DNA of 62,753 nucleotides, filler included, from Choristocarpus tenellus KU-1152 (taxonomy: Eukaryota > Protista > Phaeophyceae): the NCBI GenBank assembly GCA_964200185.2. It is 10 parts of 10 records of this genome, joined end to end, with 100 filler letters (N's around TTAATTAATTAA, not from the genome) between each part and the next. Parts side by side here need not be neighbours in the genome. Positions count along the whole stretch, not along the records: positions 12,975 to 17,594 come from CAXNAD020013762.1; positions 17,695 to 27,206 come from CAXNAD020003617.1; 8 more parts are not named here. One strand, written 5' to 3'. This document shows positions 13,149 through 25,708 of this stretch, one piece after another; the first letter of the stretch is position 1, and each line of letters starts with the position of its first letter. The translations under genes and the position numbers were made by a program. The notes beneath the pieces were generated by a model. It did not search any database, was not told where the DNA came from, and saw nothing but the letters and a program-made list of their open reading frames with translations.

Positions 13149-13965
13149 TGACGAAAGGCAAATGCAACACTGAGTTATGTCATGGTGGAAATAGTTTCAA
13201 TTTGTGTGGTTCTACATGCTTTTTACATAAATGGATGGAAGAATGTATGCCCCCAATATCTCTGTCTCTGGATGATGACTCAAAAGTAATACTCTGCAAC
13301 TGATGTAAGTGATGAGGAGGTTAATGGGTTTTTTTGGGGCAATGCATTTTGTCCGTTTTGGGGTGAGAGAGGTCTGGGTATGGGGGCATTGGGAGACTCT
13401 GTGTGGTAGTGTTGGGGATTTTCCTAGAGGAGGGACATCATCAAAGAGTGATTCCAAGATTGGGAGGGTGCTGTGGGTTTCCTAGTAAGAAAATGGAAAA
13501 TTCACACCAAAGGGAGACCCTAATGTCACGTCGAACAAATAGAAGTTATTCACTCTGTAACCCTAACCCTTACCGACTCTGTCATCGTTATTACATTATT
13601 ATTATTTTTATTACTAATGTTCTACGGCGTGGAAGGAAATGTTTTCCATCACCCAAGGCCTTAGTGGCCTATCTAGTCATCCTTGAAAATACTCCAATGC
13701 ATTGTGAGTTCACAGGGCAAAGTCTTATTTGCTGCAAGGTATAAAGGTTGATTCCGGTGGTAGTACAATGAGGCATACTACCTAAGAGAGGTCATGTTTG
13801 GGTTGTCTGGTATATCAAGGTAGGTTAACAATGTCTATTACCGACCAACAGTGTATTTCAACTTTCCTCAACTTATTGTTGGTGTTTCAGGATGAGAAGG
13901 TGCCATGGAAGGAGAAGATAAATTTGCTTGGAAACTAAACAGGGTAGACTGAGTGATGCCCAAAA

Positions 13966-14374
13966 GAGTGAAATTATCTTAGAGGGTACGAGATTTGACC
14001 TGTTTGTCCATTTGGGGCTTGGCTTCTCATGGGTTATTTTAAGACATTTTGATACTACAAAATGTTTCGGAGTAGGTAAAATGTGTATGTTACGAAAAGA
14101 TGTGTCCGGAACAAGGATATTGACACTTCCTAACAAACATGATGGCCCCTACCTTTTCATAACATATACATTTTGCCTACTCCTAAACATTTTGGAGTAG
14201 GAAAATGTAATAAAAAAACCCATAGGAAGCCAAGCCCCAAATGGAAAACAGCGAAAAGCTCGTAACCTCTAGGATACTTTAGCTCTGATACCCAAAATTA
14301 CATCAAAATCGCAACATTGGATTTTGACCCCCAAATGGATGCGGCTCTACCCTAACCCTAAGATACTTTGACTC
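13966..14374. mobile_element. MITE family B copy with a nested inverted partial copy
   Basis: Termini GAGTGAAATTATCT / AGATACTTTGACTC, AAA on both flanks; reversed family-B segment at about 14147-14285. Confidence 0.85.
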
Positions 14375-14508
14375 AAAAGTAGTGCTCAACGTCACCTAGT
14401 GTTTGATACATGAGGTGGACATTACCTAACAACAGGCTACCCTCCAAGAAAGAGTATTGCCCTGATGGTGTAAAGAGTAATTGACGACAGACTAAGGAGT
14501 CTTACCAG

Positions 14509-15353
14509 CATGAACCGTTTGTGTCCCTTATCAAGGCCCTGGCCGAGCATCTTCAAACCAAGCTTGAGGAGGGGAGTGAGAGGGAAAAGGGGCTTAAGGT
14601 GCGGTCGGTAGCTGGCGAGAACGGGGATGGTATGTCATGAGGATCCAATTGATTGAATCCCATCACAGACAGGTATTTCAAGGGTAGCCAGGTAGGTGTT
14701 ATTATCAAAGGTTGTACATAGATCTCTCCTGCTATAGTTGTTCAAACTGATGACAAGCTGCTGGCTTGACTCTACAGGATATCTATCCTAAGGAGAAGAA
14801 GATTTCCCTTGAGTCAGGTACACCTAGTCTGTTATAGGAGAGTGTCCAGAATGAGTACTACCCTCTTTGTGACTACATGTCGTCTGCTGTACCTTATGAT
14901 GATGTCCTACGCCTCTAATGGCACGTTCTCATCCTTATGGCCTCATGCCCAAGCTGGTCAAACCTGCGTTTGCATTGATGAAGCACATGCCTTGCTCTCT
15001 ACAGCCTTTGGGACCTACTCACCTCCTCCAATAACCCTGAGCCTGAGGCCTTGCTCGCTCTGTATTTATACATACATACACGACTCTCCCAGTTTCTTGC
15101 TGACATGGGCATAGAGTCTACAATGGCTATCAAGCAGCACTTGGAGGCAGTGGCTAAGAAAAGTAAAAATCCTGATGGGCAGGAGGAGGAGGAGGAGGAA
15201 TATTCCCTCACTTCACGGGATGTAATCTTGGAGGAAAGCAGTGAAGTCCCTCCAGCACCCTCCACAGCACTTGACCGCTCCCTCATCTGTGGTACTGCCC
15301 CCAGCCCCACTGTTCCTACGTCTGAATGTTCCAGCATGTCAAGGTCTGAGTAG
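14509..15353 (+). CDS. 3' exons of a hypothetical protein (14509-14598, 14669-14691, 14778-14817, 15093-15353)
   Basis: Four AG/GT-bounded exons read in frame: HEPFVSLIKALAEHLQTKLEEGSEREKGLK-TGISRVAR-ISILRRRRFPLSQ-FLADMGIESTMAIKQHLEAV...*. No family recognised. Confidence 0.5.
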
Positions 15354-15653
15354 ACTATAGCGTAAGTTTGGGGGAGAGGAGCCAAGGCTGGGGCTTGAGA
15401 CAGTGATAATAGCTTGCCTTTATGACCCTGGCAGGGTGATTCTGGGAGGAGCTGAGGGTGATGCGCCTGACTAGTGTTGGTATGTTTCTTTCGGGTGGAG
15501 AGTGGAGCGCTAGGGACATTTGAGGTCATTCAAACACTGCTGATACCTCAGAGGAAGTAAAGCACTGGTGGTAGTGTGTGGTATTTGGATTGATTGTTCT
15601 TTCCTATCTCCTCTATGGTGTGGGTTGGGGGTAGTAGGCTGCGTTATAGAGCC

Positions 15654-16339
15654 CTAGGCCTCCGCATTGAGGTTGACCACATAGTCCTCGTAGTAGATGT
15701 GTCCTGTTTCTATGTCCTGGGCAGGCAGTGAGTAGATGAGAGTTATTGTGAGGGGAAGGTCAAGGAGAATAGGAAATGGAAGTTTGGGTTTACATATAGC
15801 ACAAAACTGTTAAATCTTTTTGATGGGGGTGGGGGGTGGGGAAGGGGGAAGCTGCCTAGTTCAGTCCTTGATGAACACCTCAAGGGTCTGTAGTGCAAAT
15901 TTTTCACAGGTTGGTTGCCCCTTCTGTGAAGTGTTACGAGCTTTCAAAGAGAAGGCATCCTAAGCAGGAGTTTGCACTACTCCATCCCCAATGTGACCAT
16001 TCGCCTCCTGCCCCCTTTCCAGCAATATTTGGATCGTGGTTGTTGGTTTGTCAAGTATATGCATGCTACGTAATTGAGGTTGTGTTTTTGTGCATGCTTT
16101 GGTGTAGCCACAAGGTAGTTCAAACAGTGGCAACGTACTGTGACTCTTGTTGTACCAGCAGATTGCAACAATATTATATACATCATTTGACTCAACCCTC
16201 TCTCTCTCTGTACCTTGGCCACAGTCATGAATGAATCCATCTCCTTCTCCCTGAAAGGGGTACCCTTTGTCATGAGCAGTTCTGCCATCCTCGCAGTATC
16301 AATGTACCCAAGTTCTTCATCATCAATTGCTCTAAATGC
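15654..16339 (-). CDS. DRC8: Dynein regulatory complex subunit 8 / EFCAB2-like EF-hand protein, last two exons (16339-16214, 15716-15654)
   Basis: AFRAIDDEELGYIDTARMAELLMTKGTPFREKEMDSFMTVAK|DIETGHIYYEDYVVNLNAEA* matches the C-terminal EF-hand pair of DRC8/EFCAB2. Phase-0 GT-AG intron. Confidence 0.8.
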
Positions 16340-17201
16340 CTATTGAGGTTATGCATGTTGTTAAAGGTTAGGCGGCCAGGAATTGCTGGTAGCCTTGGCC
16401 AAGATTATAACTATCGTGGAGTGTACGCATTGTTGAGCATGTAGTGACCAGGATCCTTAATCATTCATTTGTGACCAAGGAGATTTGGTAAAGAGAGTCA
16501 GCTAGGATGTCTAAGTAGGATCCCACTTTTTATGTTTTCCCTCAATGATTTAAGATAGTACTCCACAAAAGTGTAGAGAGCTTCTACAACTTCAAAAAAA
16601 ATGTTGCTCAAATTGAGAAAGATGCAGTTTCCAGAACCCACAGATGATCATAAGAGGCCATCTACAGTACCCCAGTTGTGTGTGTATTTAAGGTTAGGGG
16701 TGCGTCTGAGGTGAAGGTATTTAATTGGTCATTTTATGACTTCATAAACGAGATGCATGGGTCTGAAGAATATCAATGAATTGGCAAATTCTCTCTATTA
16801 ATACATGGAAATGCTGGAATCACACAATGACACCAAGGTATGTTAACAATGAACTGCAGTAGGCACCTTAAAGAAACCTTCCAACGATACTTTTCAAAAA
16901 TTTGGTTACAACGATTGCTCCAAATTTCCCTCATAATTTTTTTCCACCTGATTCCAAAGACATATTTCATGAGTCTCGTGTGGCCCTATCTACTGTCCTA
17001 TTGGAAATCAATCTCTCCAATTTGGGGGAAGTACCTCAACATCAAGTGCACAAACTGGTTGAACCAACATGGAAGAGTTAGGGTTCTGGGGTGTGCTACT
17101 TCCGTTTTTGGTACTCTATGCGCTGCCTGATGGAAATGTGGAATCAAATTCATTGTACAAACAGCACTATTCCAAGGAGGTACTGACAATGGCCTTGACT
17201 T

Positions 17202-17465
17202 GAGTGAAAGTATGTTAGGGTTAGGGTACGAGTTTTGCCCTGTTTGTCCATTTGGGGCTTGGCTTCCCACGGGTTCTTTTATGACATTTTTTACTCCAAA
17301 ATATTTAGGAGTAGGTAAAGTGTGTATGTTATCAAATGGTGAGCCCGGAACATGGATATTCACAGTTCCTAACAAACACGATGGCCAAAATTACATCCAA
17401 ATCGCAACATTGGATTTTTTGATGCCCAAATGGATGCGGCTTTACACTCTAAGATACTTTGGCTC
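17202..17465. mobile_element. MITE family B, complete
   Basis: TIRs GAGTGAAAGTATGT / AGATACTTTGGCTC; 3-bp TSD CTT. Confidence 0.9.
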
Positions 17466-17573
17466 CTTCTCAATAAGTTTTTTTTTCTGATGAAGCTATG
17501 ACTTCCCCCTTGGCAATGTAGCATTCACTGATGCACCAGTCTAGCCCTTTTCCCCCCTTCTTCTAACCCATGA

Positions 17574-17793
17574 GACCCAAAGTATCTGGGGGGGNNNNNN
17601 NNNNNNNNNNNNNNNNNNNNNNNNNNNNNNNNNNNNNNTTAATTAATTAANNNNNNNNNNNNNNNNNNNNNNNNNNNNNNNNNNNNNNNNNNNNTATCCA
17701 TCTGACGTATGCAACCAAATCACCTAAAAATCGCGACATGAAAAAATTGACCCCAAATGGATAGCCGCCACCCCCTCCCAGATACTTTGAGCC
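17574..17793 (-). mobile_element. MITE family A termini either side of a linker
   Basis: GACCCAAAGTATCTGG before the gap; reversed family-A body ending CCAGATACTTTGAGCC after it. Confidence 0.75.
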
Positions 17794-18163
17794 ATAAATA
17801 AAAAATCCTGATCAGTACATTTTTTTATATGCATATCTCGTGTCACATCCAAATTGATGGGTGGGGGACATGATTCCAGGAGAAGTACTTCCACCAATAG
17901 AAAAGTCTACATTCCACTTCAAGCCGAAAGGCCGCTCTTAGCCTGCAACTTCCTATACCCATTCTCGATGTTGGTCCCACTCCTTGTAAAGTGTAGCGAC
18001 ACTTGATCATAACCCCATTCCATTAATGATGAACAAGTCAGCACTATTTTTTTAGATTGTTTCGCAATAGTACTGACTTAATTAATTCCAACTAGAATGT
18101 ATGTTAGGAAGTCCCAGCCTACAACAAACTAAATCAAAACCATAGCAATTATCGTGTCCATGC

Positions 18164-18331
18164 CTGCATGCGCCACAGTTCCGTCCCATTGGCATCCAGC
18201 TTTATGCCAGCAAAGTCACGAGATCCCCCTCCTGAGTCTGTCCAAGTTCCTTTTGTGCTTCCAGCCAAGAACGTTGCCCCATCTTCTAGAGGCACAACCG
18301 CATAGAGAATGTCTAGCAGTGTAGTACCATC
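18164..18331 (-). CDS. Isolated 168-nt phase-0 exon encoding one SBBP-like beta-propeller repeat
   Basis: DGTTLLDILYAVVPLEDGATFLAGSTKGTWTDSGGGSRDFAGIKLDANGTELWRMQ, with the GST.G.W...G..DFA.vKLD..G.E.WR.Q pattern. CAG acceptor, GC donor. Confidence 0.7.
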
Positions 18332-18490
18332 CTGAGCACAAGGCAGGCGGATAAATGGAATTAATCAACTAAATGTCAAAACCATGATCACTCAGGGAAG
18401 AAGTATCTACTATTTCGAAGTGCTGCTCTAACCCAAGAATTCCCTAGATCTTGAAGTGAAGTTCAAAATATATCTATATTTGCCAAATAT

Positions 18491-18738
18491 GAGTCAAAGT
18501 ATCTAAAAAGGTAGAGCCACGTCCATTTGGGGGCCAAAACCCAATGTTGCGATCTTGATGTAATTTTGTCTGTTGTGTTTGTTAGGCAGTGTCAATATCC
18601 TTGTTCCGGACACACATTTTTAGAACGTATACTACGAAACATTTCAGAGTAGGGAAATGTAATAAAAAATACTGTGGGAAGCCAAGCCCCAATTGGACAA
18701 ACAGGGCAAAACTCGTACTCTCTGAGTTACTTTCAACG
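18491..18738. mobile_element. MITE family B, complete
   Basis: GAGTCAAAGTATCT ... GTTACTTTCAACG; TSD TAT. Confidence 0.88.
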
Positions 18739-20479
18739 TATTTCAATTTTGGAAAAATATGCATTCTTCATGTCCTGAACCTTCTGAATTACTGTACAGG
18801 ACTACAACCAGACTGGCAGTTAACCTGACTAGCTGACCAGACCGCAGCCTTCGCCCTGCGACCTCATCCCAGAAATTCTCTGACGGCTCCGGACCGGTCT
18901 AATTTAAACATACTGTCTCATTTCATCGGGACCAGCCCTCGACCTTATCCACTTAGAATTTCTCGTGATCCCTTACCAGGCCAGATAATACATATCTTTT
19001 GGGGCCATTATGCAGGTGGCCTTACTCAAATATCTGAAAGTCCTTAATAATATGAAACGTTAGCAACACCAGCCTGGTCAAGTTGGGTCAGATCCACGAA
19101 ATAAAAAAATGTGAGTCTGACCTCCAGATTTTCCCAAATGCATTTAGGAATGCAACTAAGAATCTCTCAAGCTGCATATATTCTGTCACCATTATAATAG
19201 CTTCTGAGAGCTGACCAGGCCAGCTCTGTACCAATTACCACGTTTTATCCTTTTGCTTGGCCACAGTCTGGCCCACAGCCCAGAAATAGTCTTTGACTGC
19301 CCTGGACCAACCATCCACAAACTTGTTTCATAGGGATTGGCCTAAAACCCAGTCGGGAAACCTGATGGTCTCGGGTCAGCCCTGTTTTGACATATTTTAC
19401 TAAGGCTGGACTTGCCACCCAGTATAGTTGAAGTTTAGACAGTCCTGGACCAGTTCTGTAAGTGCATGTTTCACTGGGACTAGCCCATAGCCTTGTCCTG
19501 TCAAGTTCGACTACTCCGGTGAATAGCCCTGGGCATATTGATTTCAACAAAATACATTTTCATTGGGTGACAAGAATGAAGCGAAGTGGAGAAAGAGTTC
19601 CGGTAAATTTGACATCTGTACCAACAGAAAATTTCTTCCTCTTCCCTTGCATGATATTTAAGCGGCACATTGTTATGTGGCTCCTCCAGCAGAGATGATG
19701 TACCTACAATTATTTGCGTCCCATTAAACCATTGTCTCAACTTTATATGCCTTGAGAAAATAGTCCCAGTCTATTGCCCAATTCAAATGTTTTGATTCCA
19801 CTATTCACAAGAAGTGTATCGAACCAAATATTTCGGTTAAAGAAGAGAACTTCGGGAATACCAGCACATTGCTTTAAGCTATCTCTCATCACATGCCCCC
19901 ATAAGGATGAGTAACTCTTTTCGAAGCACAACCGCCTTTTTGTGCATTCCCCCTGGTATTAGAGAAGACTTTTCAGACGGCAACGAAACACTCACCTATG
20001 CAAAAGGAACTCAAAGAAGTGGAGTCATCCATACCCAAATAGCCTACAAACAATACGTCTTTGAGAATATATTGCTCAATATGAAGCGTGTATGTGAATG
20101 TGACCGTCTCCTAGTGGTACAGAGTAGAATAATCCCGAGTCTTGTGGGTGAAGGGTTTTTTTCTCAATAAGACCCAACGGTAACACCCTCTAGGTTATTT
20201 TGACTCGTCATTGCTCCAAAGTTTCTCAAAAAGCTCTAGATACTCTTTGGTTGAGGTGTCGTCTAGGATTATAATATTATCAACTTTTCCTCAATTTTTC
20301 CGAAGTATATTCCCAATGAAGAAGAATATGTCATGATGAAGGAACGGACCGGAGAGAACACACACAAGAAATACTACACAACGTCCTCTGTTTATATCTT
20401 ACTAGTAATGTTCAACAAAGATCTTAGTATTCAGCTTTATGAGCAGATCTTGTTTTCATACATCAACAAAGAGTCAAAG

Positions 20480-20695
20480 TAAACAAGAGGTACCCAGGTC
20501 TTGGCCGTTTTGCATTTTAAGTCATATATTAATCTTCTGCGATTCATGCATACTGCTATGGATGAAGTACAAGGTTGATTTGAGAGCGTCGTTTCTCTAT
20601 TGTTTTATAATTTCGACAGAATTGAGAAAATCCCCTATACGAATTTGTACAAAATGTTGAAATTTGCAAGTATTTGTCAGCATCCTTGAAATGCA
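20480..20695 (+). repeat. Dispersed AT-rich repeat family C (~210 bp); inverted copy at about 23395-23605, direct copy at about 57660-57865
   Basis: Shared ends AAGAGGTACCCA(A/G)G... and ...TATTTGTCAGCA(T/C)CCTT(G/A)A with collinear internal similarity, aligned by eye. Confidence 0.6.
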
Positions 20696-22223
20696 ATCCT
20701 CATAACATCTCCCCTTCTTTGACTCAAAACAAACAGGTGAATATTATGTTTCTATGATGCAGAGATATACCTCAACTATTCACTGCAGCTGTGGCTGGAC
20801 TCAGGCCTTCAGGTTATATCCATGAATTGACTATCCTTTGGCAGATTTCAATGTATGCACCAAGAGTCACGTTCCCAGGGAGACAAGGAGGTTCATTTTT
20901 CTTGGACACAAGTTTGTTTCCTTTTAGTATTGCAACATTCCCATATGTTGAGAACATGCACTCTAAGCCGTCTGCCTATTGCGCACAAGGAAGAGACAAA
21001 AACCTGCAGGCAAGTGTGACCAAGACAAGAAAACAAAAAAAGTGCTCCCGCAACCTGTGCTTGAGGGGATAATAAAAAATCTTCATTATGATGATTCAGC
21101 TCATCAAGCCATTTCACCCTTTGGAATGCATCAGCCTCCTCTGGTCATCATAACTGCTGCATTTACTAACCTCACTCTGAATTCTGCCAATACACCACCA
21201 GCGGTGCCTAAACTCCCTCCGTAAATTCCTACAATAGCGCTTAGCAAACCTTTCTTAGGTAGGGGGTACATGAGAAGGAGGAGCTTACATGGAACGGGAG
21301 GGCAGACGCCATGTGGACCAGTGTTCCTTCCAGCCTCGGCACTCAAAAGTGGAAATTATGTACACCAAAAATGCCTCCAGGAGCTCCACTAGGAAAACCA
21401 TGCATCTCTGCTCATGCCTCTTATTAAACTACAAGAAGGATATGACTATTTGACAAAATTCTACTGTGGACTGTGCTGCCCAAAGTTGGAAGAGCCCTAG
21501 AAGAAAATCTCAGTCATGCACCAGCTCTGTGAGGTCTTTTTGGCATGTAGACGAATTGATGATAGAGAGTGCATGGATTCGTTTGTTGAGGTCAGGTAAG
21601 AGGTTTTGGTCTAGGATGTGCTTTTGCCTCTATCCTTTTCAACATCCTTTTAACTGCAGTGCAAAGCACATGGATTATGGAGTTCACCACTGACCAAGAT
21701 ATCTGATCAAAACTCAATCATAAAGGGAGCTACAAGAAGCAATCAGTCCAGAAGAAGAGGAGCAACAGGGAGTGGGGTAACGCTTCAGCAGCCTCTGTGG
21801 AAATGCTCTCAGCTGACAATGTGTTTCATATCCAAGGAAGATGGATCAGGGCGATGACTGGGGTTTCGAAGGCGATCAGGTTATGCAGACTACTTGAGTC
21901 TGAATTTGGTTAGCCTTCGATCTCCCAACAATGCTGCAGACATTATGTAAATCTGGGCTTCAAACCAGAACTACAATCAGAGTAATAAATTGTTTGCTAA
22001 GAAGGCATCATCAGTTAAGCTGATATCTTTGCGAAGATGGCAAGGAAACTGTGATCACTGATGTGCATCATGCAAAACAGAAACAATTGCAACACTGGAA
22101 GTTCAGGGAACTTACACCCTTATCATTACTTATTGAATGCTGCTTTTCACATGGTCTTGTTTTTTGGGGGGTTGACTGTTGTTGTGTTCTTTTTTCCTTT
22201 TGATGCAATATGTAATGAGTAGT

Positions 22224-22400
22224 GGCTCAAAGTATCTGGGAGGGGGTAGCGGCTGTCCAATTGGGGTCAATTATTTATGTCGTGTCTTTTGTGTGATTTG
22301 GTAGCATACGTCGGATGGATAATGTAAATGCACTTTTCCTAATTTTGGTCAAGTGGACACCCTGGTCTAGATCCCCCCCACCCCCCAGATACTTTAGGTC
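22224..22400 (+). mobile_element. MITE family A, complete
   Basis: GGCTCAAAGTATCTGGG ... CCCAGATACTTTAGGTC; TSD AGT. Confidence 0.9.
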
Positions 22401-22640
22401 AGTGTTCGGGTTGGATCGACCTGGTGTGAAACTGAATGTTCTATTCTTTTTCTCCATTTTTCCATAGAACCTAACGGTATGTGATGACCCAATTGGGATC
22501 CTATCCCAAACATTGGATAATGGTGCGTTACGCCTGGGTTTCTATTGGCTGCTCTTCTTGGCGCACGGAGTTTTCCTTTCAATTTTCTTATTTACTCCCT
22601 ATCTTGATATATTTCTTCCATAGTAGTGTGTATTTTTCTT

Positions 22641-22897
22641 AAGTTAAAGCATCTTAGGGGGTACGAGTCTTGCCCCTTTCGTCCGTTTGGGGCTTGGCTT
22701 CCCACGGTATTTTTATTGACATTGTACTCCTCCGAACTGTTTCAGAGTAGGTAAAATGTATGTTATGAAAAGGTATGTCTGGAACAAGGATATCGATACT
22801 TCCCAACAAAGACGATAGCCAAAATTGCATCAAAATCGCAACATTGGATATTGGCCCTCAAACGGACGCAGCCCTACCCTATTAGAAAATTTGACTC
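22641..22897. mobile_element. MITE family B, diverged
   Basis: Family-B body (GGGGCTTGGCTTCCCA, AAAATCGCAACATTGGA) with degenerate TIRs. Confidence 0.85.
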
Positions 22898-25080
22898 AAG
22901 TATTGTGTAACGATTTCTATGACATCCTATGCAACGGTATGGTTAATTAAGCCCAGTGGTTAAATTTGTTTCGAAGGTTTGAATCCCTTTGACACTTAAC
23001 TTCCTTTCATTGAAACCTGGTGTTTCAATCATCCAATTCAATGTGGAAAGGCTCTACTATCCTATCTGTGCCTATACTACAAAAACTACGACACCGAGAT
23101 CAAGCAATAACACAACAAAATATAATTTTTTGTAGCAATAGGAACAATATCAAAAACAGAAATAAGAATAATCCTGAAGAGAAACATCAAAATAACAAAA
23201 AAAGTTCAAAAGAAGATAAAGGTTTATACGTTTCACTTACGGCTTCTTTTTTCCATATCTTGATTAACTCAACCCTTTCATATCTCTCTTTGTGTTAGAA
23301 TATGGCAAAAAGAAGTACAGACATAGAATGTACGTTTTTTTCTGGAGAAATATGAGGCATAACATAATGTAAAGTATGTTTCTGATTAGGGCAGCATTAA
23401 GGATTCTGATAAATGTTGCAAATTCGATCTTTTTAACAAATGTGTGCGAGGACTTTATTGAATTCTATACAAAATTTTCATACCAAAGAGAAATCAATGC
23501 TCCCAAGGAAATTTTAGCACTGAACCCATAGATTTAAGGGTGAATTATTGCAAAAGATGAAAAAGTAAAAAATTACAAGATAGGCAAAACTTGGGTACCT
23601 CTTCTTTGCTTTGGCTGTGAACTGTATATTGCTTTTTGTCGGACTACCTTTTCACGACAAGTTTACGATTTGAAGTCTAATGTTTAAAAAAATACAGAAA
23701 TAATCAACTTTTTTTTAACAATTAGCCAAAAATATCCAGTATGTAGTGCCAAACACCCAATGCACTCTACCATAAAGTTGGTTTGGCAATTGTGATATTT
23801 TGTTTTGTTACCTGGAGTCCAATAATCCATCTGGGAGTACACAAATCAATTTTGTAGTAGTCCCAGAGAGGAACCAACCCTGGCTAGGTAAGGGTCGACA
23901 CCATAGCCTACATCCATGTCCCTGTACGAAACACCTGCTAACGGCACAATACCAAGACTTGGAGCTTGGCCAAGCCCTATTGCCATAGTTATATTGAGCG
24001 ACCTCATTCAGAATAGCAAGAATACAACTGAGTAATCCTTGTGCAAGGTCAGCAACAACCCTCTTCTTTCTAATCTAGAAGTTTAAGTGCCTGCTCACAT
24101 TAACGCTTCAAAAAAACTCCAGCCTCTAAGTTCTGAAGTACTAACAGATCCCCCTATAAACGCATTGGTATTTCATTTTCTGCATTTTGGTGCCTTAAAA
24201 AATTATTCCAAACCTTAAGAGGAAAATATCTCCCGCTTATGACTTGGAGAGATTTGCCAGCACCACGCCTCTATACTAGTAGGACTCTCTCCTGCCATAG
24301 CATTATTGATCTTTTCCCAGTTCTACGTTTTGTAATCTCTCCCTCCTGTGATTCGGCTTCTTTGGGTATACTGTATGTATGGTGGGCATTGGAACTCGGT
24401 ACTGGTGTCTACTGAATCCGATTGGCGCGCAACATAATACTCAAGTTTCTTTGATGTTTTTCGGATCGCTTTGTATTTGTTCACTCACAATTTTTCTTCT
24501 TAATACCTCTGAACATGGACCCGACAAGCTAGAGCTGGCCGTGCAATAACACAACGAAACAAATCGTAAGAACTGACTGTTTGTATCTAATGCACCTTAA
24601 GTCTTACTCTGACACTTACAATTTGGAATGAAAGTGTAGGGAGAAAGTGCTTGGTCGACCAAGCAACATCAGGGTTTGTGAAAGTGGGGCCATATCGATC
24701 TCTAACCGTGGCAGGTACTTTCACCGAACAATGGTGACACCAGCAAATTAATCCTTGGGTGTGGTAATACAGATACCGCCCAATGACAGTGCTCAAACAA
24801 ATTTTAATGCAATAGCAATTCTGAACTGACTAGAGCTTGATAAGGCAGCAACCAACTAGAAAAAAGGCCATTAATTTTGCACAGAGTTATTATCCAGTGA
24901 CGTTGGGAATGCGGTATATTCATACATGTTCTGGAAATGTGCAGGTGGAACTTTACCTTAGCGGCACCTCCACTTCCATGCTAATAATTCCATCATATTC
25001 TTGTTCCAATCAGCCCTCTTCATTGTCAATATATTTCGATCATTAAGGGAAAGACGTTGAAACGACCCAGCCCAGGATAA

Positions 25081-25253
25081 GGCTCAAAGTATCTGAGGGG
25101 GGTGGCGGCTGTCCATTCGGGGCCCATTTTCCATGTCATGATTTTTGGGTGATTTGGTTGCATGTGTCAGATGGATAATATAAGTGCACTTCTCCTTGTT
25201 ATGGGCCGAATGGACACCCTCGTCTAGACCCCCCTCCCCCAGATACTTAAGCC
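25081..25253 (+). mobile_element. MITE family A, complete
   Basis: GGCTCAAAGTATCTG ... CAGATACTTAAGCC. Confidence 0.88.
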
Positions 25254-25451
25254 ATCACAAAGCTAGTGTGAATACTATCTGCTATAGTACACAGCATTGT
25301 TTAGGTCAGCACAAACAATCTTTAGGGGTGTACAAGCACGGTATAAATGCAAGTGCGGTGCAAGTTGTAAGGCACAATGAAACCTTTTTGGGGGTATAAC
25401 AACTGGAGCAGCAGACACATTCAAATTTATGTTAATCTCAGTCAGAGAAAA

Positions 25452-25708
25452 GACTCAAAGCATTTAAGATGGTAGGAGTTTTGCCCTGTTTGTCCGTTTG
25501 GGCTTGGCCTCCCACAGGTTTGTTATGCCCTTTTTCGCTTTTCTGTGTGAACACAGTTCCCGAAAATGTATACGACTATAAAAGTTGTGTACGGAGCAAG
25601 GATATTGATACTCTCCAGCAAACACGATAGCCAAAATGAATCTAAATCGCAAAGTTGGATTCATGACCCCAAGCAGACGTTGCCCTACCCTTTTTAATGC
25701 TTTGGATC
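25452..25708. mobile_element. MITE family B, diverged
   Basis: GACTCAAAGCATT ... AATGCTTTGGATC with family-B body. Confidence 0.8.

Noticed and set aside
16540-16700. Harbinger transposase-like fragment (LSNIFFEVVEALY) on the minus strand
   Set aside because: Only a short resemblance with stops, and no DDE motifs follow.
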